This document shows, one piece after another, positions 18,720 through 27,792 of a DNA stretch of 44,346 bases. The notes beneath the pieces are model-generated. The model searched no databases. It had not been told where the DNA came from and saw nothing but the letters and a program-made list of their open reading frames with translations. Both the position numbers and the translations under genes were made by a program. Positions within the stretch are counted from its first letter, which is position 1. Every line of letters starts with the position of its first letter. The DNA comes from an uncultured Dechloromonas sp. (lineage in GTDB: Bacteria > Pseudomonadota > Gammaproteobacteria > Burkholderiales > Rhodocyclaceae), in the NCBI GenBank assembly GCA_964507585.1, contig CAZDRS010000001.1:1-44346 (forward strand), given 5' to 3'.

Positions 18720-20150
18720 TCAAGCCTTCATGATTTTGAGGGTCTGCATCGACGTGTATTCGGCCAGGCCATGCTGGCCGAACTCGACGCCGATGCCGGA
18801 TTGCTTGACGCCGCCGAACGGCGCATCGGGCTGGATGGCGCCATGCTCGTTGACCCAGGCCGTGCCGCACTCCAGGCGCATGGCCAGCGCGGCGGCCTTG
18901 GCCGGATCGCTCGACCACACCGAGCCGCCCAGGCCATTCGGGCTGTTGTTGGCGCGGGCAATGACCTCGTCGATGTCGCTGTAGCGGATCACCGGCAGGA
19001 TGGGGCCGAACGGCTCCTCATCGACCAGGCGCACGCCGTCGGCGATGTCGGCGACGATGGTCGGCTCGTAGAAGTAGCCGGGGCCGGCCTTGCGCTTGCC
19101 GCCGCACAGGAAGCGAGCGCCGTGGGCGCGGGCATCCTCGGCCAGTTCCTCGACCTTGGCCAGTTGCATGGCGTTCTGGATCGGGCCGAGCTGGGTGTCC
19201 GGATTCATGCCGTCGCCGACCACGGCATTGCGGGCCAGGTTGACCAGTTCCGCGCACAGCTCGTCGTAGATGCTGTCATGGACGTACAGGCGCTTCAGAC
19301 AGGCGCAGGTCTGGCCGTTGTTGTGGAAAGTAACGCCGAACAGCTTGGGCGCGATGGCCTTGACGTCGACATCGGGCAGCACGATACCGGCGTCGTTGCC
19401 GCCCAGCTCCAGCGTCAGGCGCTTCAGGTTGCCCGAGGCATTGGCCATGATGCGCCGGCCGGTCGCCGTCGAGCCGGTGAACACGATCTTGGCGATGCCC
19501 GGGTGGCTGGTCATGGCCGGGCCGACATCGGAACCGGCGGCGCCGGTCACGAAGTTGAGCACGCCCGGCGGCAGGATGGCATTGGCCAGTTCGGCAAAGC
19601 GGGCGGTGGCCACCGGCGTCATTTCCGACGGCTTGAGCACCACGGTATTACCGGCGCGCAAGGCCGGAATAACGTGCCAGATGGCAATCATCAGCGGCCA
19701 GTTCCACGGCGTGATTGAGCCGACCACGCCGAGCGGCTTGCGATGCACCTCGACACGCGCCTCGGCGTTGTCCTGAATGACTTCGACCGGCAATTCCAGA
19801 TCGGCGGTGACGTGCGTCCAGGCGATCGAACCGCCGACTTCCATGCCCGCCCCGACACCGTTCAGGCCGCCCTGCGGCTTGCCGGTTTCCAGCGTGACCA
19901 GGCGCATCAGTTCCGGCATGTTGGCTTCGAGCGCCGCCCCCAGCGCGTGCATCAGCGCTTTGCGCTCGGCATCCGGCTTGCGGCTCCAGGCCGAGAAAGC
20001 GGCCTGTGCAGCCTTGACCGCCGCATCGACGTGGCTGGCATTGCCAGCCTGAGCCTGGGCAAACGCCTCGCCGGTAGCCGGGTTGATGACGGGGAAAGTG
20101 GTGGCCGCCTGGACGGCCTGGCCGTCGATCAGCATGGAAAGAGTTTGCAT
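18720..20150 (-). CDS. Aldehyde dehydrogenase, probably for (hydroxy)phenylacetaldehyde
   Basis: ITPWNWP, FTGST, LELGGND, NNGQTC and EEPFGP. Substrate is inferred from context only. Confidence 0.88.
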   Translation of the reverse strand: MQTLSMLIDGQAVQAATTFPVINPATGEAFAQAQAGNASHVDAAVKAAQAAFSAWSRKPDAERKALMHALGAALEANMPELMRLVTLETGKPQGGLNGVGAGMEVGGSIAWTHVTADLELPVEVIQDNAEARVEVHRKPLGVVGSITPWNWPLMIAIWHVIPALRAGNTVVLKPSEMTPVATARFAELANAILPPGVLNFVTGAAGSDVGPAMTSHPGIAKIVFTGSTATGRRIMANASGNLKRLTLELGGNDAGIVLPDVDVKAIAPKLFGVTFHNNGQTCACLKRLYVHDSIYDELCAELVNLARNAVVGDGMNPDTQLGPIQNAMQLAKVEELAEDARAHGARFLCGGKRKAGPGYFYEPTIVADIADGVRLVDEEPFGPILPVIRYSDIDEVIARANNSPNGLGGSVWSSDPAKAAALAMRLECGTAWVNEHGAIQPDAPFGGVKQSGIGVEFGQHGLAEYTSMQTLKIMKA

Positions 20151-20184
20151 GTCGTCTCCTGTTTGATTGTTCGTGTTGCCTGGT

Positions 20185-21174
20185 TTACAAGCCCTGCCCG
20201 TCGGTGATCACGCCGTGCCGCGAGAAGCGGACCAGGCCCTGCCCGGCCCACAGCGCGGCGGTCAGCGACAGGCGGTCGTCGCGCTGCTTCCAGGTGAAGC
20301 TGGCGCCACCGTCGGTGCTGTCGAGCAGCACGCCGTCCAGGCTGGTCCCGAAAACATGGCCGCCGCCCTCGACCAGATCGGTCACCGAGCTCTTGCTGCC
20401 GCTGACCACCGGCTGCCAGCTATGGCCGTCGTCCTTGCTGCGATAGATCGTGCCGCGCAGACCGCCGACCAGCAGCGTGCCGTCCTTGAGCGCGACACCG
20501 GTCCACAGCGAGCCCTTGTAGCCGGTATTCAGGTATTGCCAGCTTTGCCCATGGTCGGTGCTGCGCAAGACCATGCCGCGCTCGGCGGCGACAAACAGCT
20601 CGCCCTTGGCCGAAGCGAAGATCCGGAACAGGTTGCGGTCGGCCTTGCCGCCCTCCGGCGGGGCCGGCAGGTCGACCGGCGTCCACGTCTTGCCGCCGTC
20701 CTGCGTGCGCAGCACCAGCGACCACAGGCCGACGGCCAGACCTTCCCGGGCATTGCTGAAATGCACCGAGAACAGCGGCCGGTCTTCCTGGGTTTCCAGG
20801 CGCTGGATGCTCCAGTTCTCGCCACCGTCGGCGGTGTGCAGGATGGCGCCCCACTGCCCGACCGCCCAGCCGTGCTTGTCGTCGGCGAAATGGACGGCGG
20901 TCAGCGTCGAGGAGACCGGGACGGATGAAGCCTGGCGGAAGGTCTTGCCGGCGTCGTCGGAAAGCAGGATGGTGCCGTAGTCGCCGACGGTGACCAGGCG
21001 CTGGCCGGCATGGGCGGCGCCCTGGATCGGGGCCAGCGTCGCGGCGGCGCTCTGCTTGGCGGGCTGAGCCTGCAGCGGTGCCGGGGCGGCCGGTGCCTGG
21101 GCCAGGGCGGTGCCGCCGAGCAGCAGGAACGAAGCCAGGGCGGCGGTGCGGCGGGTCATCGTATTCAGTTGCAT
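20185..21174 (-). CDS. YCF48/BNR-repeat beta-propeller protein
   Basis: Signal peptide and repeated S/T-x-D-x-G-x-T/S-W/F Asp-boxes (SDDAGKTF, TADGGENW, TQDGGKTW, STDHGQSW). Confidence 0.88.
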   Translation of the reverse strand: MQLNTMTRRTAALASFLLLGGTALAQAPAAPAPLQAQPAKQSAAATLAPIQGAAHAGQRLVTVGDYGTILLSDDAGKTFRQASSVPVSSTLTAVHFADDKHGWAVGQWGAILHTADGGENWSIQRLETQEDRPLFSVHFSNAREGLAVGLWSLVLRTQDGGKTWTPVDLPAPPEGGKADRNLFRIFASAKGELFVAAERGMVLRSTDHGQSWQYLNTGYKGSLWTGVALKDGTLLVGGLRGTIYRSKDDGHSWQPVVSGSKSSVTDLVEGGGHVFGTSLDGVLLDSTDGGASFTWKQRDDRLSLTAALWAGQGLVRFSRHGVITDGQGL

Positions 21175-21188
21175 GATCGTGTCTCCGC

Positions 21189-23582
21189 TCAGTGATTGAG
21201 GATGCCCGGCGCGCGAACCGGCGTCTTGCGCGGGAAGAGTTTTTCCAGCCAGACCGCGAAGGCCGGCAGCGCGGTCATGGCCATCACCATGTTGACCATG
21301 AACATGAAGGCGAGCAACTTGCCCATGTCGGCCTGGAACTTGAGATCGGAGAAGGCCCAGGTGGCGACGCCGATGGCCAGCGTGATGGCGGTGAAGATGG
21401 TCGCCGTGCCGACTTCGAGGATCGAATGCTCGAGCGCCTTGACGATGTTCTCGCCCTGCGACAGGTGCAGCTGCAGGCGGTTGTAGATGTAGAAGGCGTA
21501 ATCGACGCCGATGCCGACGGCGAGCACCATGACCGGCAGCGTGGCGACGGTGAGGCCGATCTCCAGTTCCTTCATGAACCAGTAGCCGATGAAGGTGCCG
21601 ACGGTCAACGGCAAACAACAGGCCAAAACCGCGCGGAAGTCGCGATAGACCATGGCGACCAGGAAGACGATGGCGGCATAGACGTACATCATCATCGGCA
21701 TTTCGCTCTTCTCGACCTCGTCGTTGACCGCGGCCAGCACGCCGGCGTTGCCGGAAGCCAGGCGGATGGTGACGCCGTCGAGCTTGTTCTCGGCGCGGAA
21801 GGCCTTGACCTTGTCGATGACGCGGTTGATGGTCGTCGCCTTGTGGTCGTTGAGGAAGAGGTGCACCGCCGTCATGCTGCAATCCTTGCGCATGTAGCCG
21901 CGCATCCGGCCGATCTCGGTGGCGAGCGCCGCGTAGTTGCCCGGATCGATGGGAATGGCGTTCATCTTCGGGTTGCCTTCGTTGTAGCCCTCGTTATAGG
22001 TGCGCAACTGGCCGGAGAAGGAGATGGCCGACAGCACGCCCTCGGTGTTCTGCATGTGCCAGACGAACTGATCCTGGTAAAGGCCGATGGCGACGTTCTC
22101 GCAGGACTCCGGCGCCGTCTCGAAGACCACGGTCAGCCAGTCGAGGCCAGTGTCGTAGGCTTCGGCAATCGCCACCGCATCGCGGTTGAAGCGCGCTTCG
22201 GGACGCAGTTCCGGCGCACCGGGCTGCAAGGTGCCGATGACGCGGTCGCTGCTCTGCCACACAGAAACCGCGAAGACGGCAGTGGTCAGGGCAATCACGA
22301 CGAGCGCATTGCGCGGCTCGGCGACCCGCGCCAGGGCGCGCAGCCAGCGAGCCCGCTTGTCGCGCTTCATCATCGCCTTGTCGGCGTATTCCTTGGTGAA
22401 GGTGAAGTACGAGGCGGCAATCGGCAGCATCGCCAGATTGGTCGTGATCTTGAAGAAGACGCCGAGCGAGGCGGTGATGGCCAGTTCGCGCACCATCGGG
22501 ATGGGGATCAGGATCAGCGTGATGAAGGAGACGAAGGCGGTAACCAGCGCCAGCACGCCCGGAATGAGCAGGCCGGAGAAGCTGGCGCGGGCGGCCTGTT
22601 CGGTGGTCTTGCCGTGCGCCAGTTCGCGCACGATGAAATTGATCTGCTGCACGCCGTGCGAGACGCCGATGGCGAAGACCAGGAAAGGCACCAGCACGGC
22701 CAGCGGGTCGAGGCCGAAGCCGAGCAGGCGCAGCGCGCCGAACTGCCAGACCAGCGAGGTAAAGGAGCAGACGATGGGCAGGATGGTGAAGCGCAGCGAA
22801 TGGCAGTACCAATACACGGCGGCAGCGGTGAGGAGCAGCGCCACGGCGCAAAATTCGAGGACAGAGGAAGCGCCGTCGGCAATGTCGCCGATCTGCTTGG
22901 CGAAACCGATGATCTGGATCTCGAAATCGGCGTCCTCGAACTGTTTGCGCAGGCCTTCCAGCTTGTCGTTGTAGGCCACGTAGTCGATCTTGTTGCCGTC
23001 CTTGTCCACCTCGGCCAGTTCGGCGACGATCATCGCGCTGGTCTGATCGCGCGAGACCAGCGTGCCGACGAAGCCGCCCTGGCTGGCCGAGCGCTGGATG
23101 CCGGCGATGATCTCGGAATTCAGTTGTTCCGGCGTGACGGTGCCGGAAATCAGCGGGTCGGCCCGGAAGCCTTCCTCGGTGATTTCATTGACGAAGCTGT
23201 TCGGCGTCCACAGCGATTGCACGCCCAGACGGTCAACGCCGGGCAGGTAGATCACCGCCTGCGTCACGTCGTACAGGCGCTTCAGGCCAGCCTGCGTCCA
23301 GATGGTGTCTTTCTTCGCCTTGACCACGACGTTCAGGCGGTTGGCGCCGAGCACGTCGTTGCGGTACTGGTGGAAGGTTTCGATGTATTCGTGGCCGGTC
23401 GGCATCTGCTTTTCGAAACCGGCTTCCATGCGCAACTGCAGCGCGAAGTAGCCCATCACAGCGGTAAAGATGGCCAGCCAGATCAGGAAGGGCGTGCGGT
23501 ATTTGAAGCAGAAATTTTCCAGACCGGTTAAAGCACGGGTCAGGTATTTGTCGACATCGTCGACGCTGAAAAGGTTGAGCAT
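21189..23582 (-). CDS. RND/MMPL-family membrane transporter
   Basis: Two repeated TM bundles with AIGVSHGVQ and GIGVDYA motifs. Start at MLNLFS, because the ORF-track start lies inside a repeat. Confidence 0.88.
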   Translation of the reverse strand: MLNLFSVDDVDKYLTRALTGLENFCFKYRTPFLIWLAIFTAVMGYFALQLRMEAGFEKQMPTGHEYIETFHQYRNDVLGANRLNVVVKAKKDTIWTQAGLKRLYDVTQAVIYLPGVDRLGVQSLWTPNSFVNEITEEGFRADPLISGTVTPEQLNSEIIAGIQRSASQGGFVGTLVSRDQTSAMIVAELAEVDKDGNKIDYVAYNDKLEGLRKQFEDADFEIQIIGFAKQIGDIADGASSVLEFCAVALLLTAAAVYWYCHSLRFTILPIVCSFTSLVWQFGALRLLGFGLDPLAVLVPFLVFAIGVSHGVQQINFIVRELAHGKTTEQAARASFSGLLIPGVLALVTAFVSFITLILIPIPMVRELAITASLGVFFKITTNLAMLPIAASYFTFTKEYADKAMMKRDKRARWLRALARVAEPRNALVVIALTTAVFAVSVWQSSDRVIGTLQPGAPELRPEARFNRDAVAIAEAYDTGLDWLTVVFETAPESCENVAIGLYQDQFVWHMQNTEGVLSAISFSGQLRTYNEGYNEGNPKMNAIPIDPGNYAALATEIGRMRGYMRKDCSMTAVHLFLNDHKATTINRVIDKVKAFRAENKLDGVTIRLASGNAGVLAAVNDEVEKSEMPMMMYVYAAIVFLVAMVYRDFRAVLACCLPLTVGTFIGYWFMKELEIGLTVATLPVMVLAVGIGVDYAFYIYNRLQLHLSQGENIVKALEHSILEVGTATIFTAITLAIGVATWAFSDLKFQADMGKLLAFMFMVNMVMAMTALPAFAVWLEKLFPRKTPVRAPGILNH

Positions 23583-23628
23583 GATGGGCTGTCCTGCGGG
23601 AGAGAATTTGTTCTTATGGTTTATGGTT

Positions 23629-23712
23629 GTCATTCCCGCGCAGGCGGGAATCCAGAAGTGCTCCTTGCACGCTTGCAGTGCATCTCTGGATTCCCGCTTT
23701 CGCGGGAATGAC
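23629..23712. repeat. dRS3/REP-like doublet, copy 5
   Basis: GTCATTCCCGCGCAGGCGGGAATCCAG...CTGGATTCCCGCTTTCGCGGGAATGAC. Confidence 0.9.
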
Positions 23713-23724
23713 GGTTAGACGGGC

Positions 23725-25362
23725 TTAGAAATTACGCGACACGTAGACACCGAAGAAATCGCGATCCTTGTACGGCTGGTCATAGACGCGCGAGCCGCCC
23801 CAGAACTTGGCGTAGTTCACGCCGGCCTGCCACTTGGCCGGGTTCTGCGTGAAGCTGACGATGAAGTTGGCCGACTTCGCCCCCTCCATGAACAGCGCCG
23901 ACGAGTTCGGTGTGCGGCCGCTGACCGCCTGGAAGTAGTAGATCTCCGGCGTGACCTGCCAACCCGGAATCAGGTTGCCGTCGTAGGTCCAGCTGAAGTC
24001 CAGGTTGTAGCCCCAGGACAGCTTGTCGCCCACGGCTTCCGCGCTGTTGCTGGTATTGAACTCCTGGCCCCAGGCCCAGACGCCAGCGCCAACCGGATCG
24101 TTGCCGTAGAACTTCTTCAGCTTCGGATAGTAGGTAGCCACGCCTTCGATCATCAGGGTTGCCGTCGAGGCATTGCCCAGCGCCTTCAGGATGCCGCCGT
24201 AGTCACCCGGCGTCATGCTCAGCAAGCCGGTGACGTGCCACTGGTACTTCTGCTCGTCCACCCAGCACTTGCCGCCATTCGATGCGCAGCCCAGCGCGGG
24301 ATTCAGGGAAACTGCGTCCTTCGGCCGGTAGGACAACTCCGTACCAATCGCCCAGTCGCCCACTGGCATGTTGGCCGAAATGCCGTACATGCGGCGATCC
24401 TCGGCGTATTGCCACTGCAGGTTGCCGGCAATGTTCGGGTCGATGAACAACTGCGGCGCCTTGTCGTGGTAGGCCATGGCGTAGAAACCGAGGTTCAGCT
24501 GGGTGCCCGAGGGCTGCCAGCGCAGGGCCGCGCCGTACTGGCCGGAATCCTTGGCCTTGACACGATTCATGCCGTAGGTGCTGTCGCCGACGCCCAGACC
24601 GTTCACCTGCGACCAGTAGCTGCCGGTCGGCGGGAAGTAGTTGGCGTTCCAGGCGGCCTGGTAGTAGGCCTCCAGATTCACCCCGTGGCCCAGGCCGGTG
24701 GCGAAGCTGACGATGGGCGCCGGCAGGAAGACTTCCTTCAACTGTGTACCCGGCTGCGACAGACGCATGATGTCCATGGCGTTGGTCTGGTTGATGCCGC
24801 CCGGCAGGAAGAGGCTTTCGCCCCAGCTGATCACCTGGTTACCAGCCCGGACACGGGCGCGTTGCTCGCCGATCGAGAATTCCTTACTCACCCACAAATC
24901 GAGCAGGCGGGTCTTGAATTCCAGATCATCCTTGGCGTCGTCGGACAGCGAGGCGGCGTAGCCGTTCGGGCCGGTCGCCGCGCTGACGTAGCCGGTCGTT
25001 TTGGTGGCCGTGAAGTCACGCAGCCAGCTGAAGCGGCCCATGAACTTCCAGTCGTCCGGCATGCTCAGCAGCAACTCGTGCGTCCCCTTCAGATAGGTCG
25101 TGAAAGCGTCGCCTTTCTTGTAGTTGATGTTGCCCTGGTCGCCGACGCCCTGGTAGGTCGTGTTGCCGGTCGGCGCGCCGTTGCCGCTGGCACCGGCAAC
25201 GACCAGATCGCTGGACGGCCCCTGGGTACGGATACCCGTGCCCAGCGAAATGGTCGAGTCGAAACTGCCGGAAATGCTGCCCGTCTCAAAGGTGAAGGCG
25301 GAGGCCGCCCCCACGTAGCCGATCAGTGCGCCCAGAACGGTTTTCTTGAATACCTTGTGCAT
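23725..25362 (-). CDS. DUF1302-family outer membrane beta-barrel protein
   Basis: Signal peptide, DQGNINY, GNQVISWGESLF, PGTQLKE and C-terminal DRDF...NF. Confidence 0.85.
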   Translation of the reverse strand: MHKVFKKTVLGALIGYVGAASAFTFETGSISGSFDSTISLGTGIRTQGPSSDLVVAGASGNGAPTGNTTYQGVGDQGNINYKKGDAFTTYLKGTHELLLSMPDDWKFMGRFSWLRDFTATKTTGYVSAATGPNGYAASLSDDAKDDLEFKTRLLDLWVSKEFSIGEQRARVRAGNQVISWGESLFLPGGINQTNAMDIMRLSQPGTQLKEVFLPAPIVSFATGLGHGVNLEAYYQAAWNANYFPPTGSYWSQVNGLGVGDSTYGMNRVKAKDSGQYGAALRWQPSGTQLNLGFYAMAYHDKAPQLFIDPNIAGNLQWQYAEDRRMYGISANMPVGDWAIGTELSYRPKDAVSLNPALGCASNGGKCWVDEQKYQWHVTGLLSMTPGDYGGILKALGNASTATLMIEGVATYYPKLKKFYGNDPVGAGVWAWGQEFNTSNSAEAVGDKLSWGYNLDFSWTYDGNLIPGWQVTPEIYYFQAVSGRTPNSSALFMEGAKSANFIVSFTQNPAKWQAGVNYAKFWGGSRVYDQPYKDRDFFGVYVSRNF

Positions 25363-25394
25363 GGTGTTTTACCCTCCGTGTCCGTTCCGACCGA

Positions 25395-26783
25395 TCAGCG
25401 CTCGCTGATGGCGCGCAGGTTGTCCGACGTGTAGAAGCCTTCCTTCAGCTTCGGTTCGTTGGCTTCGACAAACCACTTCATGTCCTTGCCGCCGCCCAGC
25501 GAGCTCTGGTCGACCAGGTAGCGGTTGTCGATCAGGTTGTACTGGACGAAGGCCGGGTTGTCGCAGCTGCCCGTTTCATAGACCGGGATCACGAAGCCTT
25601 CGCGCAGCTTCCACAGCTTGCCCTGGGCGTCGTAGTCCTCGGCGACGACGATGGCCCAGCTGTCCTCGTCGATGTAGAAGGTGCGCTTCGGCGCCACGTG
25701 GCGGACGCCCGACTTGACGGTGGCCTCGACCACCCAGACCCGATGCAACTCGTAACGGCGGTGGGCGCTATCGACGGCGTTTTCCTTGGTCACGTCGCTG
25801 AACTTGACGTTCGGGTCGTACATGCCGAAGGCGTTGTAGCCGACGATCAGCTCCTTCTTGCCGACCAGCTTCCAGTCGAAACGCTCGATGGTGCCGTTGA
25901 ACATGCGCGGCTCGTCCATCGTGTACTGGTTCTCGAAGCCGATCTGCGGTGCGTCATAGGCGTAGGTCGGCATGCGGCGGACACGGCGCTGGCCCGGGAA
26001 GTAGTAGAAGACCTCGTTGGTCTTGTCGGTGAACACGGTAATCGCCAGCGCCTGCCCAGCCAGCGCGGTCGGCGACTTATAGGCGAAGTAGGTGTAGTAC
26101 TCGACCGGCGACATGCTGGAGAACTGGGCCGAACCCTTCTTGCCCCACGGGAAGAAGTAGGTCTGCGTCGAGGTGGCAGCGATCCACTCGCTGGAACCGG
26201 GGCGCGGCGACAGCGCGGTGTACAGGGTCGGGAACTCGAAACCGACGCCGGCGTACTTCATCTTGACGTTCCACATCGCCTCGGTACCGCTCTTCGGCAG
26301 CGGGAACGGAATGCCCGGCACGTTGGCTTCCTTCAAACTCCAGCCGTCGGCGCCCAGCTTGGCGGTGGTGGCGTTCTTCTTGGTGTTCTCGACCACGAAA
26401 TCCGGATTGGCGCAGGTGCGGCGGGATGGATACACATCCATCTTGTAGCCCTTGTTCTGCTTGATCATCTGAACCTGGCCCGGCGAGAGTTGCGCGGCGT
26501 ACTTGTCTACGTTGCTCGCATCGATGGAATACAGCGGCTTGTCGCCCTTGTGCTTCCACGCATCGGCGCGGCTCTTGCCATAACTCCAGCCGGAAGCCTG
26601 CGGCTCATTGCCGGCCCAGGCGGGAATCGAACCATCCTTGTTGGCGCCCTTCTCGGCGCCGACCGGCGTCAGCTCCTTGCCGAGCTTGGCGGCATCGGCT
26701 TCCGTCGCAGCCTGGACAGAGAACGAAGCGGAAAATGCGGTAGCGAGGATCGCTGCGGCCCCGACCTTCTTGAATTTCATCAT
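25395..26783 (-). CDS. DUF1329-family periplasmic (LolA-like) protein
   Basis: LTPVGAEKGANKDGSIPAW, PGQRRVRR, RRYELHRVWVVEAT and YIDEDSW. Start MMKFKK with an AAGGAGG RBS. Confidence 0.88.
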   Translation of the reverse strand: MMKFKKVGAAAILATAFSASFSVQAATEADAAKLGKELTPVGAEKGANKDGSIPAWAGNEPQASGWSYGKSRADAWKHKGDKPLYSIDASNVDKYAAQLSPGQVQMIKQNKGYKMDVYPSRRTCANPDFVVENTKKNATTAKLGADGWSLKEANVPGIPFPLPKSGTEAMWNVKMKYAGVGFEFPTLYTALSPRPGSSEWIAATSTQTYFFPWGKKGSAQFSSMSPVEYYTYFAYKSPTALAGQALAITVFTDKTNEVFYYFPGQRRVRRMPTYAYDAPQIGFENQYTMDEPRMFNGTIERFDWKLVGKKELIVGYNAFGMYDPNVKFSDVTKENAVDSAHRRYELHRVWVVEATVKSGVRHVAPKRTFYIDEDSWAIVVAEDYDAQGKLWKLREGFVIPVYETGSCDNPAFVQYNLIDNRYLVDQSSLGGGKDMKWFVEANEPKLKEGFYTSDNLRAISER

Positions 26784-26853
26784 TTCAACCTCCTTGTGGT
26801 GAACAGAGACCAAGCCCTCCGGCCGGCCGCAACCAATTTCACTGGTTGGGGGC

Positions 26854-26897
26854 AGTGTAGAAATTGCCCCTCTTGGCTCGTTATCAAAAATCGGCAA
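26854..26897 (-). promoter_or_regulatory. Putative activator box and -10 element for the DUF1329...aldehyde dehydrogenase operon
   Basis: Minus strand TTGCCGATTTTTGATA, then 22 nt, then TACACT. The same layout occurs at 40372-40415. Confidence 0.6.
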
Positions 26898-26952
26898 CTT
26901 TTCTTGATCCAGATCAGATTGCCCGGCAGCACCGGGTCGATCCGGTGCTGAT

Positions 26953-27405
26953 TTACATCGGCCCCATCGAGTACATGTCGGCCCGGATGCGCCAGCCCTC
27001 CTTGCCTTTGGTCCACACGAACAGCGAACGAACCTCGAACGGCTTGTCCTCGGCCTTGGGGGTGACATGCCAGGTCACCCAGGTCAGGACGGCATCCGGC
27101 CCGAGGCGGCGAATCGTGTGCACATCGAGCTTGACCTTGCGGGTATCCGCCAGCAGGTGCTCGATGGTGCCCTGGATGCCCTCCGGTGTATTGACCACCG
27201 CCTTCTGGCCTTCGCCATGGATGACGGCATCGCTGCCCCAGACTTGGGTGGTAATAGCTTTGGCATCGCCCTTCTCCCAGGCTTTCTCGAGAACAACCAG
27301 GCGCTCGCCGATCACCTTGGCGAGCCCGGCGTCTCCGGCCTGCGCGCTGACGGCGGCCAGCCCGAGCAGTACCGCGAGAACCATTTTTTTAAACATTGCG
27401 ACCAT
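26953..27405 (-). CDS. Secreted NTF2/SnoaL-like (DUF4440-type) protein
   Basis: Sec signal peptide, AWEKGDAKAI helix and C-terminal FVWTK...WRI strand. Confidence 0.75.
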   Translation of the reverse strand: MVAMFKKMVLAVLLGLAAVSAQAGDAGLAKVIGERLVVLEKAWEKGDAKAITTQVWGSDAVIHGEGQKAVVNTPEGIQGTIEHLLADTRKVKLDVHTIRRLGPDAVLTWVTWHVTPKAEDKPFEVRSLFVWTKGKEGWRIRADMYSMGPM

Positions 27406-27423
27406 GGAATTACTCCTTGAAAA

Positions 27424-27792
27424 TCACTTCAGGGTTTGCAGGAAACAGATCAGGTTTTGCCGCTCGACGGCCGACTTGAGGCCCTGGAAAGGCATGGCGG
27501 TACCGGGTACGGCGGTATTCGGCGCAGTCAGGAAGGCGTCGAGCCGGGCTTCGTCCCAGGCGCCCTGCTTCGCGGCCAGGGCTTCGGAATAGCTGAAGCC
27601 TTCGGCCTTGCCCGGCTCCCGGCCATAGACCCCATGCAGATTGGGGCCGACCGTATGCGCCGCGCCAGCCGCCGCGACATGGCAGATGCCGCACTTGTTG
27701 GCGAAGGTCTTCTGCCCCTTGTCGAGGTTGCACTCGGCAGCGCCGGCGGCGGTTGCCAGCAGGGCGATGAGCGGGAAAATCAGCTTCTTCAT
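27424..27792 (-). CDS. Class I (c2-like) monoheme cytochrome c
   Basis: Signal peptide, CGICH, GPNLHG and PGTAMPF (Met ligand). ATGA overlap with the amine oxidoreductase stop. Confidence 0.92.
   Translation of the reverse strand: MKKLIFPLIALLATAAGAAECNLDKGQKTFANKCGICHVAAAGAAHTVGPNLHGVYGREPGKAEGFSYSEALAAKQGAWDEARLDAFLTAPNTAVPGTAMPFQGLKSAVERQNLICFLQTLK

Noticed and set aside
6383-23531. Long plus-strand ORFs (6383-8707, 8704-9942, 12092-13573, 14445-17129, 16912-18984, 21192-23531)
   Set aside because: They are antisense shadows of well-supported high-GC genes and show no recognisable motifs.
26926-26950. Hairpin CAGCACCGG/CCGGTGCTG after the NTF2-like gene as an intrinsic terminator
   Set aside because: The stem is strong but has no U-tract on the coding strand. 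It may be an mRNA-stabilising hairpin, so it was not called.
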